DNA of 64,000 bases, from positions 1-64,000 of the IMG/VR virus record IMGVR_UViG_3300032268_000986; one strand, written 5' to 3'. Under the pieces are notes generated by a model. It was not told where the DNA came from. It saw nothing but the letters and a program-made list of their open reading frames with translations, and searched no databases. The stretch's first letter is position 1, and each line of letters opens with the position of its first letter. Below, in pieces: positions 23,968 through 36,400 of this stretch. A program made the translations under genes and the position numbers.

Positions 23968-26900
23968 ATGGCAATTACCACTAGACAAACAGCTATTTTT
24001 GGAGTTGAAGACTGGAAACAGATCTATCAAACATATCGAGAAGCTGATTTTCAAAGTTACGATTTTGAAACTCTACGCAAGAGTTTTGTAGATTACTTGC
24101 GTCTGTACTATCCCGAGACCTTCAACGACTACATTGAGTCCAGTGAATTTATTGCTCTCTTGGATGTTATTGCATTCATGGGGCAAAGTCTTGCGTTCCG
24201 CACAGATCTAAACACTCGCGAAAATTACATGGACACCGCTGAACGTCGAGATTCAGTTGTGCGCCTGGCCAACTTGGTTAGCTATACTCCCAAAAGAAAT
24301 ACCGCTGCCCAGGGCATGCTCAAGGTTTTTTCAGTTAGCACAACTGAAAACGTGGTAGACTACAACGGTGTAAATCTCAGCAACGTCACAGTGGACTGGG
24401 CTGATCCTACAAATCCAGACTGGCAAGAGCAGTTTGCTGCCATCATCAATGCCAGCCTTGTAGATACTCAACGTGTGGGCCGTCCAGGGAACCGACAAAC
24501 CATTTTGGGTGTGCGCAGCGACGAATATTCTATCAATTTGGTTCCAGGATATCTACCAGTGATTCCCTACACTGCCACAGTAGACGGACTTAACATGCCG
24601 TTTGAAGCAGTCACTTGTACATCAGTTGGCGAAGATTATCTTTACGAGCCACCGCCACAGTCCAATGTGCCCTTTAACATGATATTTCGTAATGATCAAT
24701 TGGGTTTTCAAAGTGCCAACACTGGTTATTTTTTCATGTTCAAACAAGGCACCTTGATCAACCAAGACTTTAATCTCGCAGAACGTATTTCTAATCGCAC
24801 TGTCAACATCAACGTTGACGGTGTCAACAACGAAGACCGTTGGCTGTTTCAATTGGACACAGTGGGCACAGTCAGCCGAGAATGGGCCTATGTTGAAAAC
24901 ATCTACTCAGCTGCGGCCGAACAAGTCGCCACAAGTCTGCGCCCAATTTACACAGTGACCAGCCGGGCCAACGATCAAATCACACTGGTGTTTGGCGATG
25001 GTGTATTTTCAGAAATTCCTGTGGGCACATTCCGTGCCTATGTTCGTGCATCAAACGGGTTGCAATACATCATCAATCCTGAAGAGATGCAAAGTGTTAC
25101 ACTGCCAATCACCTATAGATCTCGTACTGGCAACACTGAAACCATCACATTCACCTGTGGCATCACTCAACCAGTGAGCAACAGCCAAGCACGTGAGCCC
25201 ATTGAAGAAATCAAACAACGTGCGCCAGCTCGTTACTATACTCAGAACCGCATGGTCAATGGTGAAGACTACAATCTGTTTCCTTACACACAATACAACA
25301 GCATTGTTAAGAGCAAGGCCTTGAATCGTGCCAGCATTGGTACCAGTCGTTATCTAGACCTTGTGGACAACACTGGCAAGTATTCAAGCACCAACAGTTT
25401 TGGCAGCGATGGTGCTATTTGGCAACAGTTGATCTTGCCCACAATATTGTTTTCTTGGATCAATCGCAATGACATTGCAGACGTAATTACCAACCAGTTA
25501 CAGCCAGCCATTCTTGGCCCAACCATGCTGCAATTCTACTATGATCAATTTCCACGACAAGATATCAACACCGGCAGCACACTGGGAACTACTTGGCAAC
25601 AAAGCACCACACTGGCCAATGAAACCACTGGCTATTTTAAAAACGCCAGTGGTACACCAATTCCAGTTGGATCTAGCCTGTTCCCCACTGACCCATTGTA
25701 TTTTGTCAACGTTGGAGCCTTGATCAAATTCACTGCCCCAACTGGATATTATTTTGACAGCAACAATCGATTGGTACAAGGCACACCCACACGAGCCGAC
25801 GAGCGCCTGGAGGTCTGGGCCAGTCCCATAAGCATCACTGGTGAGGGAGACAACGGCGGCGTTGGCAATCTTACCAATGGTTCTGGACCTGTGGCCTTGA
25901 ACAATTTTGTGCCCACTGGTGCTGTTGTAGACAGTATTATTCCATTGTTCATAACTGATCTTCCGCTGTCACTAGAACAGGCCATGACCGAACAAATTGT
26001 GTTGTATCGTAATTTTGGACTGGGCTATGACAACGATGGCACAATCACAGGCACACCTTATACCTGGTACTTGATTACCAGTACCAATCTTGATGCCGAC
26101 GCAGACTTCAGTCTTGACAACGCAGGCAGCACTGCTGGTACCAATCAAGATGCATCATGGTTGATTCAGTTTGTGGTGCAAAATCAAAACTACACCATCA
26201 CTTTTCGTGGCCTGGCCTATTACTTTGGTTCAGTACTACAGACGCGATTTTTCTACTACGACGGACAAAAAGTCTATGACAGCCGTACTGGCACCGTGAT
26301 CAAAGACTTTATCAACGTGTTGGCCGTGAACACCTTGCCCAACTCAACTGATCATTTGCCTGGTGATGTGTATGCCACCATTATTGGTCAACCAGTTGAA
26401 AGTGATGGCTACGTGGATGATTTCCAGGTCCTGGTCAGTTATCGGGACAGTGACGATGACGGAGTTCCTGACAACCCTGACTTTTTCAGTGAAATTGTGG
26501 GAGCCATACCTGAAACACCAACTGCAAGTTCGCCCTGGGTATTCTTGCAACAAACAGTGGACTTTGATAACCTACAACGTTATCTACTGGTTGAGCCAGG
26601 GCGAGTCAATGCTGACTACGCCACGTATGACGACATTGAATTGGTCAAGAACGAGTGGAGTCCAGGACAGATTTTTTATGCCTACAGTGCCGGCACATTC
26701 TGGTTGTTGAGTCTTAGCACCGCAGGCGTTCGCGATCTAGTTCAACAATCTGGATGGATTGCTAGAAATGGCCGTTCGGCCTTGTACTATCAATATCGAC
26801 ACAATGCACCCTTGGTAAATCGCATTGATCCAGGCACCACCAACATCATTGACCTTTATGTTGTGACATTGGCCTATTACACTGCATATCAAAACTGGAT

Positions 26901-27414
26901 CAAAGATACCACCGACACTGTTCCCGAACCATCGCAGCCCACAATTGATGAACTAAGCACAGCCTATCAAGGCCTGCAGGATTACAAAATGCTGAGTGAC
27001 AATATTGTGTTGAATTCTGTAACTTTCAAACCACTGTTTGGTGTCAAGGCAGCACCAGAACTTCGCGCTACTATAAAAGTCATACGTGCTCAAAACAGCA
27101 CAGCCAGCACCAGTGAGATCAAGAGCTCGGTTGTAGCGGCCATGAATGATTATTTTTCTATTGACAAATGGAATTTTGGAGACACATTCTATTTTTCAGA
27201 ACTAGCAGCATTCTTGCATAGAACACTGGGAACCATCATATCATCTGTGGTCTTGGTACCGTTAAATACACAAAAGAGTTTTGGTGATTTGTATGAAATA
27301 CGCAGCCAGCCCAATGAAATTTTTGCAAACGCTGCAACCATTGCCAACATTGACGTGATAGAAGCATTGACTAGTACCAACCTACGTACTGCCCCTGGTA
27401 GCGGAGTAATTTAA
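23968..27414 (+). CDS. gp6: Baseplate wedge subunit gp6-like
   Basis: DFETLRKS, FNDYIESSE, TAERRDSV..LA..VSY.PKR, LVFGDGVF, QNRMVNGEDY. Confidence 0.85.
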   Translation: MAITTRQTAIFGVEDWKQIYQTYREADFQSYDFETLRKSFVDYLRLYYPETFNDYIESSEFIALLDVIAFMGQSLAFRTDLNTRENYMDTAERRDSVVRLANLVSYTPKRNTAAQGMLKVFSVSTTENVVDYNGVNLSNVTVDWADPTNPDWQEQFAAIINASLVDTQRVGRPGNRQTILGVRSDEYSINLVPGYLPVIPYTATVDGLNMPFEAVTCTSVGEDYLYEPPPQSNVPFNMIFRNDQLGFQSANTGYFFMFKQGTLINQDFNLAERISNRTVNINVDGVNNEDRWLFQLDTVGTVSREWAYVENIYSAAAEQVATSLRPIYTVTSRANDQITLVFGDGVFSEIPVGTFRAYVRASNGLQYIINPEEMQSVTLPITYRSRTGNTETITFTCGITQPVSNSQAREPIEEIKQRAPARYYTQNRMVNGEDYNLFPYTQYNSIVKSKALNRASIGTSRYLDLVDNTGKYSSTNSFGSDGAIWQQLILPTILFSWINRNDIADVITNQLQPAILGPTMLQFYYDQFPRQDINTGSTLGTTWQQSTTLANETTGYFKNASGTPIPVGSSLFPTDPLYFVNVGALIKFTAPTGYYFDSNNRLVQGTPTRADERLEVWASPISITGEGDNGGVGNLTNGSGPVALNNFVPTGAVVDSIIPLFITDLPLSLEQAMTEQIVLYRNFGLGYDNDGTITGTPYTWYLITSTNLDADADFSLDNAGSTAGTNQDASWLIQFVVQNQNYTITFRGLAYYFGSVLQTRFFYYDGQKVYDSRTGTVIKDFINVLAVNTLPNSTDHLPGDVYATIIGQPVESDGYVDDFQVLVSYRDSDDDGVPDNPDFFSEIVGAIPETPTASSPWVFLQQTVDFDNLQRYLLVEPGRVNADYATYDDIELVKNEWSPGQIFYAYSAGTFWLLSLSTAGVRDLVQQSGWIARNGRSALYYQYRHNAPLVNRIDPGTTNIIDLYVVTLAYYTAYQNWIKDTTDTVPEPSQPTIDELSTAYQGLQDYKMLSDNIVLNSVTFKPLFGVKAAPELRATIKVIRAQNSTASTSEIKSSVVAAMNDYFSIDKWNFGDTFYFSELAAFLHRTLGTIISSVVLVPLNTQKSFGDLYEIRSQPNEIFANAATIANIDVIEALTSTNLRTAPGSGVI

Positions 27415-30400
27415 TGGCCAGCACTGTTCGTTCTGTAGATTTTCTACCAGAGATTTTTCAAACTGATGCCAACAAGCAATTCTTGGCAGCCACACTGGAT
27501 CAGTTGATTCAAGAGCCCAAGTTCAAAAAGACTCAGGGCTTCATTGGCCGCACCGTGGGCCCAGGTGTAAACCCCAATGACAAATATGTAGTTGAACTTG
27601 ACAAAACACGAGCTGACTACCAACTTGAAGTTGGTGTTGTGAGTCTCAAGCCTGACACCGACGATATTCAGACAGTGATCACGTATCCAGGCATCAATGA
27701 CGCTGTGGCACAGCAAGGTGGTATTACCACACGGCCAGATCGTTTGTATTCAAGTGAATTTTATTCTTGGGATCCGTTTGTTGACTTTGATACATTTATC
27801 AACTTTTCACAGTACTACTGGCTGCCCACTGGCCCTGACGCAGTAGATGTAGCTGCCACCGGTGTGCCAGCCAGTGATAATTTTGTTGTGACTCGTGAAA
27901 ACGGTGCGTACACATTTTCAGGCCTTGCCGGTGAGAACCCCACTATTGAATTGTTACGCAACGGCAATTACACATTTCAAGTTGCACAAAACAACAAAGA
28001 AACTGTCAACTATCGTGTACGAAATTCAGGCAACAGCAGCTATACCATTAATTATGAAGCCAATCCTGCACTGACCTTGGCTCGTGGTAACACCTATGTT
28101 TTCAATCTAAACCTTACTGGTGATTATCCCTTTTGGATCAAAACTGAACCATCAACCGGCCTGGGTGACATCTACAGCTCTGGAGTCAGTCGCAATGGCG
28201 CAGTAACAGGATTGATCACATTTGTGGTGCCACAGGATGCGCCAGATACCTTGTACTATTCGGCACAGACACAGAGCAACATGAATGGTGTACTCAACAT
28301 CGTTGATGGTGTGCCTGGCACAGGACCTGGTTTTTGGATTCAGTCAGCACCTGGTGTAAGCGGACAATTACCTGCTACTCCCAACATAAGCAGTCGTGAA
28401 GTTTTGGGAGTGATCAACAACGGTGAAGATCTTGGTACTGTGACATTCAATGTGCCTAGTAAAACTGCCCAGGAATTTTATTACAATCTGACCAACATTG
28501 GTGTGGTCAACCTGATCACTGATCTTCAATTTGATCAAATCAACAACCAGCCAATTGCATCGTTTATTGCTCAATACGGCGGCATTGACGGAGTAACCAA
28601 CCTCAATGGTCGTACTCTGATATTCGACAACTACAATCCAAACATCACTGATGCTGAAACCACTGGGTGGCAACGCACCACATTGTATGATCCCTTGATT
28701 GAATCATCGGCCAACAATGGGTTACCTGGCAGCTTTGACAGTATTCCTTATGATCAGGTGACAGATATCCCGCCAGAAGATCGTTATCAAATCTGGCAAA
28801 TTACCTACAGCAACATTGGTGGCGAGCTATACCTTGAACTCAATAAGATTACTGACATTGCGCCCTTGGAAAAGTTTAACATCAACTATGGTAATGTCTA
28901 CAGCAGTACTCAGTGGTACAAGGACAATGACGGACTGATCAAACAGATTCCTGCATTGACTGCCATTCAAGATACAGTGTATTATCAAGACGGCACAGAC
29001 CCGTCTATTTTTGGTCGCATCAAACTGCTGGATCAAACACAGCAGTCCACCTTGTTTGTTGACGAAATCATTGGCAAGAAAAATTACACCGCAGCCAATG
29101 GTGTGGTGTTTACCAACGGTCTTAAAATTATATTTCGTGGTGATGTGGAACCAGCCACGTATCTCAATACTGAATACTATGTGTCTGGAGTTGGCACAGC
29201 AATTGAATTATTGCCAGTTTCTAATTTTATCACTCCTGAAACCTATGTGCCTGAAACCAACGACTCAGGCCTGCCCATTCCCGAAGATCTAGATTACTTG
29301 ACCATTGATCGAAGTGCGCAGAATCTCAATGCCTGGAGCCGCAGCAATCGTTGGTTCCACGTTGATGTGATCAGCGCCACCTCTAGATACAATAACACCA
29401 CAACAGTGCTGGACAACAACTATCGTGCCAAGCGCCCAATTATTCAGTTCCGTCCAGACATTCGTTTGTGGAACATGGGCACACAGGGCAAGCAACCAAT
29501 TGATGCAATTGACTTTGAAGAAACTGATGCACTGTCAAATGTAAACGGACAACCCAGTTACACAGTCAACGGATATAGTTTGGTTCAGGGTTCTCGAGTG
29601 ATTTTTGCAGCTGACGAAGACGCTGATGTCCGTAACAAAATCTATGTGGTGAATTTTATTTCGCCAGATTCAGCGTTGCCGCTGCCCGCTCCACTGACCG
29701 CACAACCCTACATCAATTTGGTACCAGCCAGTGACGGCGAAGTCTTGCTTGATCAATCAGTGGTGTGTTTGTACGGTACAAACACCACTGGAATAACCTT
29801 TTGGTTTGACGGTACTGAATGGACTCAAGCACAACAAAAAACTGGAGTACAACAAGCACCATTGTTTGATGTGTACGATCCTGATGGCATCAGTTTTGGT
29901 AACACTACCAAATATCAATCCACTACCTTTGCCGGCAGCAAGTTGTTCAGTTACGCTGTGGGAGATACCAATATACTGGACCCAGTGCTGCAATTCCCAT
30001 TGCAGTACCTCAACATCAACAACGTTGGTGACATTGTATTCCAAAACAATTTATACAAAGACACATTCTTGTATGTGCAAGACAATGTCAGCGTTACATC
30101 AGACATCAGCTCAGGATCAGTTCGTGAATATATTGATAGATTGACATATCAGTTGTTGATTGGCTGGCAAACTGCGGTATCACCTACCACAATGCGTCAG
30201 CAGTTTAAATTCACCTATACCACTGCAACTCTCAAGCTAGATGTCAAAGTAGTAGATGACAACACAGTGCCGCCAATACAGCTTTATGTTGGCAGCAAAT
30301 TTCAAGAGCCCAGTGTCTATACCTACACCACCACGGACAACAGCACCACAATTACTCTGTTGAATACCTATGTGATTGGTGATGTGATTGAAGTTGCGGT

Positions 30401-33400
30401 GCTTAGTGATCAAGTCAGTCAAGTGGCATTTTATCAACCGCCATTTAACCTGGAAAAAAATCCACTCAATGGCAACAGCGATGCCTTCACACTGGGCACA
30501 ATTCGAACTCATTATGAAAGTATTTGTGAAAACTTGCTGACCTTGAATGGTGCAATCAATGGTCCAAACAATTCGCGAGATCTAGGCAACTTGGTGCCAT
30601 ATGGACAGATTATTCTGCAACAGAGTGCGCCGGTTACCATGGCTGGATACTTTCTGAGATCAGACAAGTACAATATATTTGGCGCCTTGCAATACAACAG
30701 CCGTGAGTACACCAAATTCAAAGCCTTGATGCTGGATGCAGTGACTCGTCAGACCATTAATTTCCAAACACCCAGTGAGATTCTCAACACAGCAATACAA
30801 GACATCACTGTTGGACGAGTTGAAACACAACCATTTTACTGGAGCGACATGCTGCCCCAGGGTGCTGTGTACACCAGCACCACATACACTGTGACCGTGA
30901 TCAGCACCAGCACATTTGACACTGTGCAAGTGTATGACTACACTTCAGCCAATTATCTTGGATTGTTGGTTTACTTGAATAATCGATTGCTGGTGCGTGG
31001 GGTAGACTATGTGGTAGCAACTGATGGCCCACGGTTTACAATTCTAGTACCCTTGGCCGTGGGCGACGTGGTGTTGGTTGATGAGTACGCATCCACAGCC
31101 GGCAACTTTGTTCCCAATACTCCCACTAAACTGGGATTGTACCCTGCCTGGCAACCAGCCGTGATTCAGCAACGTTCAAGCAAAGGATACATCACAGGTA
31201 TTCTAGGCCACGACGGCAGCTTTACACCGGCGTTTGAAGACATTCGTGATCAAGTGTTGCTGGAGTTTGAAACCCGTATCTATAACAATTTAAAGCTGGA
31301 TGGTAATCCAGTTCCAATGACAATTTACGATGTGTTGCCTGGACAGTTTCGCGACACCGGATATACCTATGCTGAAATAAACAATATTTTTGCCGGCGAT
31401 TTCATGAGCTATGTGGCCTGGAACAAACTGGATTACAAAACGCAAGCATATAATTCCACCAATTCGTTTACCTACAACTACAGTGGCAGTCAAAACAAAC
31501 TTGACAACGAAAATTTGCTGGGCGCCTGGCGCGGCATCTATCGTTATTTCTATGATACTGAACAACCTCAGCTAACTCCCTGGGAAATGTTGGGCTTATC
31601 TATCAAGCCCACCTGGTGGGAGTCCACATATGGTGCGGCACCGTACACTCAAGACAACTTGGTGTTATGGGATGACCTAGAAGCCGGCTATGTTCGAGAT
31701 CCAATAACTCCTTACTACAAACCAGAATTTGCTAGACCAGGATTGACCAGAGTCATTCCCACTGGCACTGAAGGTGACTTGTTGAGTCCGTTTGAGTCTG
31801 TGGTTGGCAATTACAATGCCATCACATTCCAAAAATCCTGGGCCCTAGGCGATGGTTCTCCTGTGGAAGCTTCATGGTGGAACAGTTCCAGCTATCCATT
31901 CTCGGTCATGCATGTGCTGGCAGTCACACGCCCAGCCAAGTTCTTCTCACTGTTTGCTGATCGAGATCTGTACCGTTACAACACTGACTATCAGCAATAT
32001 CTTTACAACAATCGATATCGCTTGGATGCCAATGGCATTGAGGTATATGGCAACGGCGTCAGCAAGGCCAGTTTCGTTGACTGGATTGTGGATTACAATC
32101 GTCAAACTGGAGTGGATTCCACAGATGATCTCACTGCGGATCTCAAATTTTTGGATGTGAGATTGTGCTATCGCATGGCCAGTTTTTCAGACAAACAGTA
32201 CATCAAACTGTACACAGAAAAGTCCAGCCCCAACAGCACCAACACTGCATTGCAAATACCCGATGAAAGTTATGATCTGTTGTTGTACAAAAATCAACCA
32301 TTTGATCGAATCAATTACAGCGCAGTTGTGGTACAACAAACACCTGGTGGTTATGCAGTGTTTGGTTACAGTACTGTTAGCCCGTACTTTGAAATTGTGC
32401 AGAGCAAGGCCACTGGCCAGTTGCAGACCATCTCAGCTGGCGGAGTCAGCGTTCAAGTTCCAACTCTTTACACCGACACCGTGGTGCAAGTGCCGTATGG
32501 ATTTGTATTCCCCAATCAGTCCGGTGTAGTTGATTTCTTGTTGTGCTATGGTCGATTGATGCAAAGTCAGGGCCTGACATTTACTAACTATGCCAATGGA
32601 TATCTCTTGGACTGGCAACAAATGTCTCGTGAATTCCTGTACTGGAGCACACAAGGCTGGGAAGACAATGCCTTGATCAATCTCAACCCCTTGGCCAACA
32701 AATTGTCAGTCACTAGCCCAGGCTTAATTGTGGACAGCATACGAGTTCAAACCACTGATGATATTTTACTGGATCAGAATCGTCGTCAACTGGACACACG
32801 CAGTCTAAACATTGTTCGACTGGATAACACATTCACTGCCGAACCACTGACTGGGCAAACTCTCAGTTATATTGACCTGAGTTTTACCACTTACGAGCAC
32901 ATGATTGTGCTTAGAAATCAAAGTGTTTTTGGCGACTTGATGTATGACCCAGTGACCGGGGCTAGACAGAATCGTCTCAACCTTGTGGCAGTTACCACCA
33001 CGGATTGGAACGGAACTGTCAACGCTCAAGGCTTTATTCTCAACCAAGACAACGTAGAAGAGTGGACTGGCCTGCGCACCTACAGCAAAGGTGAAATTGT
33101 CAAGTACAAGAATGTGTACTGGTCAGCCTTGACCATTGTTCAGCCCAGTACTGCATTTGACTTCAACGACTGGGTGCAAAGTGATTACACTCAAATTGAA
33201 CTGGGATTGTTGCCCAACTTGAGTAACAAAGCCAATCAATTGGCCAACAGTTACAACACCAATGCGGCCAACATTGAGTCTGACAATGATTTGCTGAGCT
33301 ACGGTCTAATTGGATTCCGACCACGTCAGTACATGGCAGCACTCAATCTTGATGATGTGAGTCAAATCAATATCTATCAACAGTTCCTGGGCAGCAAAGG

Positions 33401-36400
33401 AACTCAGCTCAGTGCTGAGTTGTTTGCTCGAGCCAACCTGGGCAAAGAAACTGGTGATTATGACATTTATGAAAACTGGGCAGTGCAACGTGCAGTGTAC
33501 GGCGCCAACGCCAACCGCAGCTTTTTTGAATTGCGATTGAATCGAGCCTTGTTGGATTCAAACCCAAGCCTGGTTCAAGTCACATACCCACAAGAACCCA
33601 GTCAAGCTGATCAACAGATATTCTTAAATGATGTTTGGCGTCAGAGTTATCGCTTGACATCGCCTGATATCTTGCCAACTACAACAGTTTTGCCAACTGA
33701 CATTGGGCTTCCCACTGCTGGATATGTCAATATTGATGATGCAGACATCACAGTGTTTAGCATCAACGATCCAGCCGATCTCAGTGCCAACCTTGACAGT
33801 ATACAAGTGGGCACCAGTATTTGGGTAGCCAAGATCAACGAATACGACTGGAATATCTATCGTGCTGACAATGTGCCCGGGCAAATTCAGCATGTTTGCG
33901 ATAATTTAAACGGCACAAGCCGAGTGATATTTTCCACAGCACATGGTTTAGTTGACGGCGACTATTTGATCATCAAGTATTTTGACACCGAAGTTGACGG
34001 CGTGTATCGAGTGCTTGGTGTGCCCAACATCAACACTGTGAACATTGCGTTTACTTTTACTGCTCCACGAGTGCAAGCAGATGCAATTGGTATTGGATAT
34101 ACCCTGCAGACCATGCGAGTAAGCCAGGCCAGCGATGTTGATAATTTGCCTTATGCTTTGAGAATCTTGCCTGGGGCAAGAGTCTGGGTGGACAATGATG
34201 GTGCTGGCCGTTGGGAAGTCTTAGAAAAACAAGATGTATTTTCAACTGTGGTAGGCCTCAGCCCAGTGCTGTTTGATGCCACGGAAAGATATGGTTACAG
34301 TGTAACACAAGCAGTGAATCGATTGGCTGCCCTGGTGGGTAGTCCACGATATGGATTCAACTTGTCTGCCAATCCCAAAGGTGGCGTGTACGTTTATGTC
34401 AAGAACTACAGTGATCAGTACACACCAGTAAGTCCCTTGGTTGCCGGCGACGCAATTCTTACTCTAGGCGCCACTGGTGTGCGTGGCTACGGCAATGCTG
34501 TGGACTTTGGCAATCAGACCTGGGCCGTGGCCGGAGCCAGCGCCAGTCTTGGCCCCAGTAGTCAAACCAACAACGGATATGCCTGTGTGATTTATCGCAA
34601 TCCTGTGTTGGGTCAGCCAGGAGTTATTCCTTATGCACAATGGCAATTGCTGACTCAGCCAGGTACTACCACAAGCACCACTCCGGGTGCTGGCGAGTTT
34701 GGTTACAGTGTGACCATGAGTCTTGATGAACGCTGGATGTACATTGGCGCACCAGGTCTAAATCTAGTGCATGCCTATGGTCGTGTGGATTGGCAAAACC
34801 AGGTTTTGCAATCAATCAGTGACGGCAGCACTGTCAGTTATGATATTTCTGATGTGATACAAATTGATCAAGCCACACAGCTACGTGTGTTGGTTGATGG
34901 TCGAGTGTTGACTCTGGGAGTTGACTACACAGTGAGTGGTGATTTTTCCACAGTGTTGCTGACCACATCGGCAGACCCTGCCGATGTAGTTGAAATACAA
35001 AGAAATTATATAGCAGTACTGCCAACCAATGGATCAACAGTGACATTTGATCTTGGCGACTATTTCTTTACGGCCAATAACATTTATTCATTCAGCGTCA
35101 CAGTCAATGATGCACTGTTGCGCCCCAATATTGACTATACTTTTAACATAGCCACACAAGTAGTGACTTTTCAAGCCACGTATCTGTCAACTGACATTGT
35201 GATTGTTACAGCAGAAAGCTATTTCAATTACGTCAACAGTGTGACAGTGGCTGGGCTTGCAGCTGATGCAAGATTTGGTCACAGCGTGTCTACCAGCACC
35301 GACGGCCGACAAGTCATAGTTGGTACTCCGTATGTCACTGTTGATGGCGAAACTCAAGCCGGCGCAGTGTATGTGTTTGATCGCAACGTCCAACGTTTCA
35401 CTGTGACCAATGCCAACGACAACACCTACACAGTGCTGGGTGCAACTACTCAGCCAGTGGCAGTGATACTCAATAATCAATTTTTGCTGAATGAGGATGA
35501 TGCAATTGCAGGCGCAGATGGCACATTTGCCATTGCAGGCTCCACAGTGACCATTAACGCAACGCTGTCAGTTGGCGATATCATTGAAATTGAAACCAAT
35601 CAATTTGTGCGGCAACAGAGCATTGTGCAAAATACTGTGGCTGATTTTTCCAACTATGGCACATCAGTTGACCTTTGCTTGTTCAATTGCAGCTTGTACA
35701 GCGGTGCACCACAGAGCAGTGCGCAAATTTTCAAAGGTGGCATTGTTGAACGCAATGTAAATCAAGCCCGTGTGTACGGCACCATCACGGCCACAGTGGC
35801 CAATCCTGTGCTCACAGTGGGCAACACCTTGCGAATCAACAATCAAGATGTGCTGATTCCAGCTGCATCAGGATCCACGACCAGTCTACAAGGTCTAGCC
35901 AACAACATCAACAGCCAGGTAATCAATGTCACAGCCGCTGTGAGTTCAACCGGTTTCTTGACCATAAGTGTCAAAAACAGCGGTGCCGCTGCACCTGGAA
36001 ATCGTTTGCAAGTTGCTCCAGGATCTGTGGGCACTGCCTACAGTGACCTTGGGTTTGAATGCTTTGTGTGGACACAAAATATACAAAGTCCCTACCCAAC
36101 TGAAATGGCACAGTTTGGACAGAGCATTAGTATCAATGACACTGCGGACGCCCTGGTAGTTGGAGCTCCAGCGGCATCCTTGTACCTTGAAATGTTGTTT
36201 GACGATGGCACCACAATATTTGATGGTAATTCCACTATATTCTTTACCTTGATTGCTCAGTGTGGTGCGGTGTACACATACGATTATCTGCCCAGCAGCA
36301 CAGATTCTGTGGCCAATCCTGGCATGTTTGTGTTTGGATCTCAAATTGGCAACAGCGATTTAACATCTCTTGCACAATACGGCTTTGCAGTCAACTACAC